Assembly: GCA_009777775.1 (NCBI GenBank)
Contig: WRLE01000017.1
Span: 5,622-69,621, forward strand
Direction of reading: 5' to 3'
DNA: 64,000 nucleotides
Source of the DNA: Oscillospiraceae bacterium
Lineage (GTDB): Bacteria > Bacillota > Clostridia > Oscillospirales > Oscillospiraceae
A program made the translations under genes and the position numbers. The notes under the pieces were generated by a model. The model was not told where the DNA came from. It saw nothing but the letters and a program-made list of their open reading frames with translations, and searched no databases. Positions 57,865 through 64,000 of this stretch are shown piece by piece (within the stretch, counting starts at the first letter, position 1; each line of letters starts with the position of its first letter).

Positions 57865-58491
57865 ATGAGTAATGTTAATAATTTACTAGATACAATTTCA
57901 TCTAGCTTAAAATTAATATCTGTTGCTATATCACCAATCGAATTTTTATCTACGATAAAAGACAGCATTGATTATATATCAAATATATCAAATGCTCTAT
58001 TGATTGACAAAATTAAACGCTTTCTCGATCATCAAGATGATGATTTTGATGAAAAATTGAAATTATCTACTCAATTCCAAACTGACGCATTAAACTACAA
58101 GAATAAGGCAAAATTGTTAGTAAACACGATTAATTCTTTTCATAACTATAAAAATATCGATATTTATGCAAATTTAACAAGAGCATGGTTAAATAATAAT
58201 ATTGATGAAAATCTATTTCATAGGCTTTCTTTTATCCTGTCAAATCTTTTTTATGAGGATATTAATTATTTACACAATAACATTGACAAAGAAATAGAAA
58301 TAACTGCTGAAAACTATATTATTGAAGTTAACAATCTATACCAAAATAATTTACTTCGTATAAAAAACAAGTTCACATGGGGTGCTTCAGGAGGTAATGA
58401 AATATTTGTATCAACAGATTTAGGAAGAGACTTGGTAAGTTTTGGGTTAGAGTATGATAAAATGAATATTAACGAAAATTCAATAATTTAA
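57865..58491 (+). CDS. Hypothetical protein (208 aa), very AT-rich gene
   Basis: AGGAG RBS. No recognisable motif; predicted helical, N/I/K-rich. Confidence 0.45.
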   Translation: MSNVNNLLDTISSSLKLISVAISPIEFLSTIKDSIDYISNISNALLIDKIKRFLDHQDDDFDEKLKLSTQFQTDALNYKNKAKLLVNTINSFHNYKNIDIYANLTRAWLNNNIDENLFHRLSFILSNLFYEDINYLHNNIDKEIEITAENYIIEVNNLYQNNLLRIKNKFTWGASGGNEIFVSTDLGRDLVSFGLEYDKMNINENSII

Positions 58492-58671
58492 TTCTATAAT
58501 AGTATATTAAGTTAAAATAATTAAAAGAGCAATCTTGATAGCTTAACCAAAATTAGCTCAACAAGTAAAGTTGATTATAGTGGCGAAATTGAATTACCGC
58601 ACTATGAAAACATAACACAAAATGATTTATTTAAGTTTGTTTATGAGTCCGTAACAATATGTATAGCTCTA

Positions 58672-58983
58672 GTGATAGAAATTGAATATTTATCATCTCT
58701 AAATGAATACCAAACTAAATATTTCAACGGAACACCTTTTACTATTGAATACTCAGAAAATAACAGAAATGCTACTGTACTACTAACAATTGATAGAATC
58801 CTTGACAAAGATGCTGTAGAATCATTTGATACTAAGTTCAGAAGCTATGATAACCCCAACTATGTAGTGGGACTTATTGATATATTAAAGAAGTCGATAT
58901 TGTTGACAGGAGCGAATCAAAATATGAATAATAGTAAACAATTATCTGAATCAGAAATTATTAAAAAAAGAAACAACAGATAA
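58672..58983 (+). CDS. Hypothetical protein (103 aa), possibly 5'-truncated
   Basis: GTG start. The in-frame, protein-like reading continues upstream to 58525 with no start codon, which suggests a decayed longer gene. Confidence 0.35.
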   Translation: MIEIEYLSSLNEYQTKYFNGTPFTIEYSENNRNATVLLTIDRILDKDAVESFDTKFRSYDNPNYVVGLIDILKKSILLTGANQNMNNSKQLSESEIIKKRNNR

Positions 58984-59036
58984 CAAAAAAGCTTAATGCT
59001 GCAAATAATATATTATTATGGAGCAAAGGTGTTCTG

Positions 59037-59515
59037 TTGCAAGGAAATCGAATAATGAATAACCATGATAACGAAATATTTATATGTGAATCATATTTCT
59101 TTATGTGTGCACTAAAAATGCTAATCGATAACCTTGAAATATTAAGAAAAGAGAGCGTTTTTAAGGAATTCTTAAGTATTATTGACAAAGAAATAGGGGT
59201 TCAACACATAAAAGATATGCGAAATATTAATACGCATATTAATGATTATTACGACACAACAAACGAAAAAAAAGAAATGAACGATTCATGCACGATCTAT
59301 GTCAGAATCAAAATATATAAATATCTGCAAATTCGAATGTTAGATTTGAAAATACTACAATATTTGGTAATAAAATGAATGACGATTTATATCTTGGTGG
59401 ACGAATTGAATTAAAGAAAACAATAAATCTCATTGAAAACTTGATGCCACAAATTAATACTGCAGTATTCAAATATAACGAAAATAACAAATTGGATATA
59501 GAGAATAATGTATAA
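59037..59515 (+). pseudogene. Frame-disrupted HEPN-like gene
   Basis: HIKDMRNINTHIND carries the Rx4H / RN...H HEPN motif. The reading frame breaks: 59037-59378 is followed by a protein-like continuation in another frame (ISANSNVRFENTTIFGNKMNDDLYLGGRIELKK..., to 59515). An A8 run lies at 59263-59270. Confidence 0.35.
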
Positions 59516-59905
59516 TCTTGTTTTAAACTTTAATTATGGTCGGCGTGAAAACCCTCAACCTAATGAAAATACTAAACATAATGTCCATTATATGATATAT
59601 AATAACCATGTATCTGCTCAAAAATAAAAAATTTTGTGAACTGTGCGAGTGTACATGAAATAAAACCACTATCAAATGACCGTTAGAGATCTTACTCCAT
59701 TATAAGCTAGAATCTCAATGCTGGAAACTGATGAGTCATGATATCGCTGATTTAATGTTGGTCTCGCGCAGATTGTATTAAGAGAGCTTGGGTAACTGTT
59801 GGAATGCTTTAATACAAATTAGCGAAGGAACTTCACATAAAGTATTATTGAAGAGTATCCTTGCTTAATTCCTTCTGATATTACTTAAGCTCTTCAATAT
59901 GTTTC

Positions 59906-60091
59906 ATGGGTTATATACAAAGAAAGCAAGTCATCTCCAACGGTACGACTACACTCTTCGTGTCCCATTCTATGGAGCAAACCAGACAATTATGCAACAA
60001 AATCCTATGGTTAGAACGAGGCAAACAAATGGCCTTCGGCGAAACGCAGGAGGTCTGCGATATGTATGAGCGATTTATAGCGGAGAGGTAG
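59906..60091 (+). pseudogene. 3' remnant of a second Wzt/TagH ABC ATPase gene
   Basis: ISNGTTTLFVSHSMEQTRQLCNKILWLERGKQMAFGETQEVCDMY aligns residue by residue with the C-terminus of the intact Wzt (ISNGATVLIVSHSISTIKEMCTRAILLEKGEVKCLGNVDEVCEVY). No Walker A or signature region lies upstream. Confidence 0.75.
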
Positions 60092-60339
60092 GCGGTTGGT
60101 GGTTGTATAACAATAGCATTATCTCAGTGTTCTACTGATACCAAACAATAAGCATATATTAATTAATAAATTGTCGAAAACCAAAAATCACTAAGTTTTC
60201 CTTTTTTTCATACGAAACAATTAATGAGTGTTGAATCTATATAATCGGAGAAGTGTTAACATTGTTTGACATCAAAGTCAAAATTGTTACTTCATACGAA
60301 TAGTGGTAATCAGCACAATTTATATCTGGGGTATGAAAA

Positions 60340-61119
60340 ATGAGTAGTCTAAAAGAAAAATCTACAATAAACCTAGAAGAAATAATAATAGCTACATGCA
60401 AACTTCCATATTGCAAAATAGATCGTGATGCGTTTCTCTCAAAGCAACTAAAAGGGAAGGTCAGTACTTCAAGGCTTGAAGCTGCTTTAAAGAACGGAAC
60501 TGTTAATGCTGATATTCCTATTCAAACGCTTCGTAAACTCGCCGATGGAGCTATAAAATTTGAACGAAACAAAGCTGCAGCAATTTCAACAGTAGCCGGA
60601 ATCCCTGGTGGTTTAACAATGATTGGCACTATTCCTGTTGATATGGCACAGTTTTATGCTCATATATTTCGTATAACACAAAAACTCGCATACATATATG
60701 GCTATTTGGAAATAGACCTCGATGATGCTACTGAAAGTATATTAATGATTTTTCTCGGTGTTATGTTTGGTGTAGGAGCTGCTACTGCTGCTCTTGCAAA
60801 ACTTGCTGCAGCTAATGCTGCTAAAATTGGAACTAGAATAGCTTCCAAACCATTGAGTAAATATGCTATTTATAATATAGCAAAGAAGGTTTTAGCATGG
60901 ATAGGTGTTAAAGTAACAAAAAACGGAGTTGGTAAAGTTGTCACTAAAGCTGTACCAGTAATCGGTGGCATCGTCTCTGGCGGTTTAACAATTGCCACAT
61001 TTACACCAATGGCTAACAAATTGAATAATGAGTTGTTGAAATTCGCCACTATGTCACCAGAGAGCCTTTCAAAAGCAGATGCTGCTGCTGATATAGTTTT
61101 GGCAGACTTTGATATATAA
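60340..61119 (+). CDS. EcsC-family-like protein
   Basis: VAGIPGGLTMIGTIPVDMAQFYAHIFRITQKLAYIYGY recalls the EcsC core. Gly/Ala-rich hydrophobic helices; about 260 aa. Confidence 0.45.
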   Translation: MSSLKEKSTINLEEIIIATCKLPYCKIDRDAFLSKQLKGKVSTSRLEAALKNGTVNADIPIQTLRKLADGAIKFERNKAAAISTVAGIPGGLTMIGTIPVDMAQFYAHIFRITQKLAYIYGYLEIDLDDATESILMIFLGVMFGVGAATAALAKLAAANAAKIGTRIASKPLSKYAIYNIAKKVLAWIGVKVTKNGVGKVVTKAVPVIGGIVSGGLTIATFTPMANKLNNELLKFATMSPESLSKADAAADIVLADFDI

Positions 61120-61253
61120 AACTTTGAAATTACTACACAAACATTTAAACAAGCAAAGCTCATGATTAAATAATTTCAATTATTCTAAAATTCACAATAT
61201 GACAAGTTATTATTACCACACTCACACTCAGCAAGCTTTATAGTAATTTTTGC

Positions 61254-61310
61254 TTACATAAATGTAAAAAGTACTGCTTTTTACATAAAATAATTGCGTT
61301 TATGTAAAAA
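61254..61310. promoter_or_regulatory. Cluster of TTACAT/ATGTAA boxes (operator-like)
   Basis: TTACATAAATGTAA (61254-61267, an inverted repeat), TTTTTACATAAAA (61278-61290) and its complement TTTATGTAAAAA (61299-61310), all within 100 bp upstream of ATG 61354. Confidence 0.4.
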
Positions 61311-61353
61311 TTTTGATAAACTGTGCTCACAAACTATTGATGGGAGAAAAACA

Positions 61354-61707
61354 ATGGATGTTTTTGTTGGTGCAGAATACATTATAGCCAATGCATTAAT
61401 AGCATTAAAAGCAAAAGGTATAGACCAGATTAAATTTAGTGAGCTCCATGACCTTGGTATTGAAATTCAAAAGATTTGCAATGAGAAGGCTGTAGATGCA
61501 GTTTTACTTTTATCAGGTAATAACGTAACATCAGCAATATATTCTTTTTCTGATTATTTTACATATATTGATGATGACATAGATCCAAGCATTCAATTGA
61601 ACTCTAGCAAAGACATTATTGATTTACAAAACCGGTTCATTGGTTATCTACCTGTGATTTTGTTAAAAATCATTTACGAAACTGCTAAAGCTTTTTATAA
61701 TGTTTAA
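61354..61707 (+). CDS. Hypothetical protein (117 aa)
   Basis: GGGAG RBS before ATG 61354; the ORF track starts at TTG 61294. No recognisable motif. Confidence 0.5.
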   Translation: MDVFVGAEYIIANALIALKAKGIDQIKFSELHDLGIEIQKICNEKAVDAVLLLSGNNVTSAIYSFSDYFTYIDDDIDPSIQLNSSKDIIDLQNRFIGYLPVILLKIIYETAKAFYNV

Positions 61708-61725
61708 ATAATTGTTATATCAAAA

Positions 61726-61757
61726 AAATTGCAGCTTATCGAATAAGCTGCAATTTT
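61726..61757 (+). terminator. Rho-independent terminator (14-bp perfect stem AAATTGCAGCTTAT / ATAAGCTGCAATTT, loop CGA, T-tail)
   Basis: Read directly, between the 117-aa ORF and the HD-domain gene. Confidence 0.8.
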
Positions 61758-61782
61758 CTAGTTTGAATTGGAGTGATATCAT

Positions 61783-63423
61783 TTGAAAAATATAAAAGAT
61801 CCAATATATGGATATATTCAAATAGACACTGAGTATGTTAAACTAATTGACACTGCTGCTTTTCAAAGGCTGCGTAATATCCGCCAGACTTCATACCAAG
61901 CACTGTACCCTAGTGCACTGCACAATCGTTTTGTACATTCTCTTGGGGTCTTTCATTTAGGGAAAAAAGCGATAGATTATTTTTATGAGAATATCAACAA
62001 TCTTCCTGATACACCTGAACAGAGCATACTAAATCAAATTAGGAATACATTCATCATTGCTTGTCTACTGCACGATGTAGGACATTCACCCTTTTCTCAT
62101 ACTGGAGAAAATTATTATTATGCATTAGGATCAGATTTAAAACAAATGCTGTGTGATGCAGTAGATAGCGATAGTTTTCTACAAGCTATTAATCCTGGAA
62201 TGCCAAAAATTGAAAACCCACACGAGGCGATGAGTGTGTTGATTGGTCTCGATATGTGCGATAATTTGGGTTTATACATTGATCGAGAGCTTTTCGCACG
62301 TTCGATACTCGGTCTAGAATATATAGATAATCCACAACACCTTGAAACGATAATCCGAAATGCAATTATCTCTATATTGAATGGAAAGTTGATCGATGTT
62401 GATAAACTTGATTATCTTACCCGAGACTCATATGTGATTGGCTTTAGTAGCATTGCTATTGACGTTGATAGGTTGTTATCTGGCTATACAATATGCTATG
62501 ATAATTTGAATGTATTACAAATAGCATATAAACGTGGTTCACACAGTGTAATTGAAAATGTCATATATGCTTCTGATCTTGAACGCAGATGGATACAGAA
62601 ACACCCAGTTGTACTATATGATAGTATGCTGACAGATTTTGCTATTAGATATTATAACAAAAGCATGAAAGATAAATATATTCCTAATAATGCAGCTATA
62701 CAATCAGTATTCATTAAAGCGGCTCTCACAGAAGCTGGTTTATCGAATGATAATATTCCTTTACGCCTACTTTCTGATGATGATATTGTTCATTTTATCA
62801 AAAATACAGAGGAACGCACACCAATCGCACAACAGTTTTTCGCTCGTAATGCTCGTCTGAAACCTATGTGGAAAACTGAAGCTGTATTTGATGATTATTG
62901 TAAACGGATATTTGGTAAGGAAATATTAGAAAAATTAGTAGATGATTTCAAGTCTGTACTCAATTTCCTAGAAAATCATACTGGTTTTTTTATCAACCAC
63001 AATGCTCTCAATGCTGCAAATAATGCTATATCAGAAGCAGAACAGCAGATGGACGAACAAATTAAAGCTAGTGCTAAATTATTTAAAAGAGTTAGATATA
63101 TCTGCGAAATTTTCATGAAGTTTTACGAAGATAAAAGTTTACCTGATTTTGAGTTCGCTTTAGTAGTTGCATCGAAATTCGAGTCGAATTATCGTAAAAT
63201 TATGTACAATCAGATTAATATCGAGTTAGAAAATAAAAGAGTCGTAAAACTGGATGAACTCATGTCAGTCACAGCACGCGAAGCTAGTTTTGATAAACAA
63301 ACTTCATTATTCTATGTATATACAACTAAAAATAATTACAAACAATATGAAAATCGAGAGCCAAGCTTAGGCGAAGAATTCATTAACTTTATTAGGATGA
63401 AATATGATCCTAACGCATTTTAA
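61783..63423 (+). CDS. SAMHD1-like HD-domain phosphohydrolase (putative dNTP triphosphohydrolase) with an uncharacterised C-terminal half
   Basis: IKDPIYGYIQID...LIDTAAFQRLRNIRQTS, LHNRFVHSLGVFHL, LLHDVGHSPFSH, DVDKLDYLTRDS: the H...HD...D metal site in the SAMHD1/EF1143-type arrangement. TTG start with GGAG 9 nt upstream. Confidence 0.8.
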   Translation: MKNIKDPIYGYIQIDTEYVKLIDTAAFQRLRNIRQTSYQALYPSALHNRFVHSLGVFHLGKKAIDYFYENINNLPDTPEQSILNQIRNTFIIACLLHDVGHSPFSHTGENYYYALGSDLKQMLCDAVDSDSFLQAINPGMPKIENPHEAMSVLIGLDMCDNLGLYIDRELFARSILGLEYIDNPQHLETIIRNAIISILNGKLIDVDKLDYLTRDSYVIGFSSIAIDVDRLLSGYTICYDNLNVLQIAYKRGSHSVIENVIYASDLERRWIQKHPVVLYDSMLTDFAIRYYNKSMKDKYIPNNAAIQSVFIKAALTEAGLSNDNIPLRLLSDDDIVHFIKNTEERTPIAQQFFARNARLKPMWKTEAVFDDYCKRIFGKEILEKLVDDFKSVLNFLENHTGFFINHNALNAANNAISEAEQQMDEQIKASAKLFKRVRYICEIFMKFYEDKSLPDFEFALVVASKFESNYRKIMYNQINIELENKRVVKLDELMSVTAREASFDKQTSLFYVYTTKNNYKQYENREPSLGEEFINFIRMKYDPNAF

Positions 63424-63518
63424 TTAATACATCATCCTATTCGCCAGCTGTCCTCCGACATGATGATGGGTATAGATCATGTCAATTGCATATCAAACAA
63501 CCACATGGAGGCGAAAAA

Positions 63519-63821
63519 ATGGAAAAATCCCTACGTACAAAAACCATCATTAGCACTATAATCTGCTTTGTCCCGATTCTACTTGGTGTATTGTTTTGGT
63601 CATCGCTTCCAAATGAAGTGGCAATCCATATTGGGTTGCGTGGTATCAGCAAAGGCTCAAAGCTGATTGGGCTTGTAATTATACCGACGGTGTTTTTAGC
63701 ATTCAATTTTATGTACTGCATTAAGCCTGACTGGTTCAATGCGCACTTCACAAAACATAGATTCTGGCTATTCCCTTTTATGAGCAACGCTTTTTACATT
63801 TTCATAATTTCGTTTTCATAG
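63519..63821 (+). CDS. Small membrane protein, DUF1648/SdpI-N-terminal-like, possibly truncated
   Basis: GGAGG RBS before ATG 63519. IICFVPILLGVLFWSSLPNEVAIHIG...G...SK pattern and two to three TM segments. Confidence 0.4.
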   Translation: MEKSLRTKTIISTIICFVPILLGVLFWSSLPNEVAIHIGLRGISKGSKLIGLVIIPTVFLAFNFMYCIKPDWFNAHFTKHRFWLFPFMSNAFYIFIISFS

Positions 63822-63904
63822 TGTTTGTTACTGGCTCTTTGTAAGTGCGTTAAAAGATGAAGGCATATATAATATGGTTTAACTGAATATTTTTCAAATA
63901 AAAA

Positions 63905-63947
63905 AGCATCGCTGGCTTTCGAGCTGGCGTTGCTGTTTATTTTTGTT
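63905..63947. terminator. Hairpin terminator (12-bp stem with one mismatch and two G-U pairs) followed by GTTTATTTTTGTT
   Basis: AGCATCGCTGGC / GCTGGCGTTGCT around the loop TTTCGA. A-rich on the left and T-rich on the right, so possibly bidirectional. Confidence 0.55.
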
Positions 63948-64000
63948 CGGTTTTGTGCATTTATTAATAGGTCATCTGTTACCAGGGAGTTGGCAGGCTG

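Noticed and set aside
59516-59905. Non-coding stretch inspected for an IS end, att site or ncRNA
   Set aside because: Only a 9-bp inverted repeat (ATTGAAGAG / CTCTTCAAT, about 59850-59900) with a long loop was seen. There is no tRNA-like or terminal-inverted-repeat structure, so evidence is insufficient.
1-64000. Search by eye for tRNA, rRNA, transposase, integrase, phage structural or cas genes
   Set aside because: None recognised. No ORF shows DDE, tyrosine- or serine-recombinase or capsid/terminase motifs, and no cloverleaf-like GC-rich 75-nt segment was seen in the intergenic regions.

Overview
This looks like a low-GC Firmicute (Clostridia-like) chromosomal segment dominated by cell-envelope functions. 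No rRNA, tRNA, CRISPR array, transposase or integrase was found. Layout: (1) 1-3211, housekeeping genes (Opp/Dpp-type ABC ATPases, coaX, a secreted protein). (2) 3226-13988, a small accessory patch. It holds a cytoplasmic retropepsin-like protease with a translationally coupled small acidic protein, and a type II m5C restriction-modification pair bracketed by 64-bp promoter-bearing direct repeats. It also holds a secreted RCC1-repeat protein and a secreted Fn3/LCAT-like lipase. (3) 14117-34002, four very large SLH-anchored surface proteins (LRR, Big_2, GLUG and InlB-B-repeat modules). The largest gene (7.4 kb) is bracketed by complementary heptamer arrays: (AACTCCT)n upstream and (AGGAGTK)4 downstream. 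(4) 34087-57796, an S-layer-glycan-like biosynthesis locus. It encodes a WbaP/WsaP-type initiator, a Wzy_C ligase-like protein, GT2s, Wzm/Wzt, an ADP-heptose pathway (gmhA, hldE, gmhB), three atypical GT9-like transferases and two FkbM methyltransferases. It also encodes a deoxyhypusine-synthase-like enzyme and a polyprenyl-phospho-pentose module (UbiA-type phosphoribosyltransferase, SDR, HAD, GT-C-like membrane protein). The locus is interrupted by selfish-looking genes (AAA ATPase, Uma2 nuclease). It ends in AT-rich decayed DNA next to a truncated second wzt, which suggests cassette replacement. (5) 60340-63821, an EcsC-like protein, a small protein behind TTACAT operator-like boxes, a SAMHD1-like HD phosphohydrolase and a DUF1648-like membrane protein. 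All functional calls come from motifs read by eye; no database search was run.
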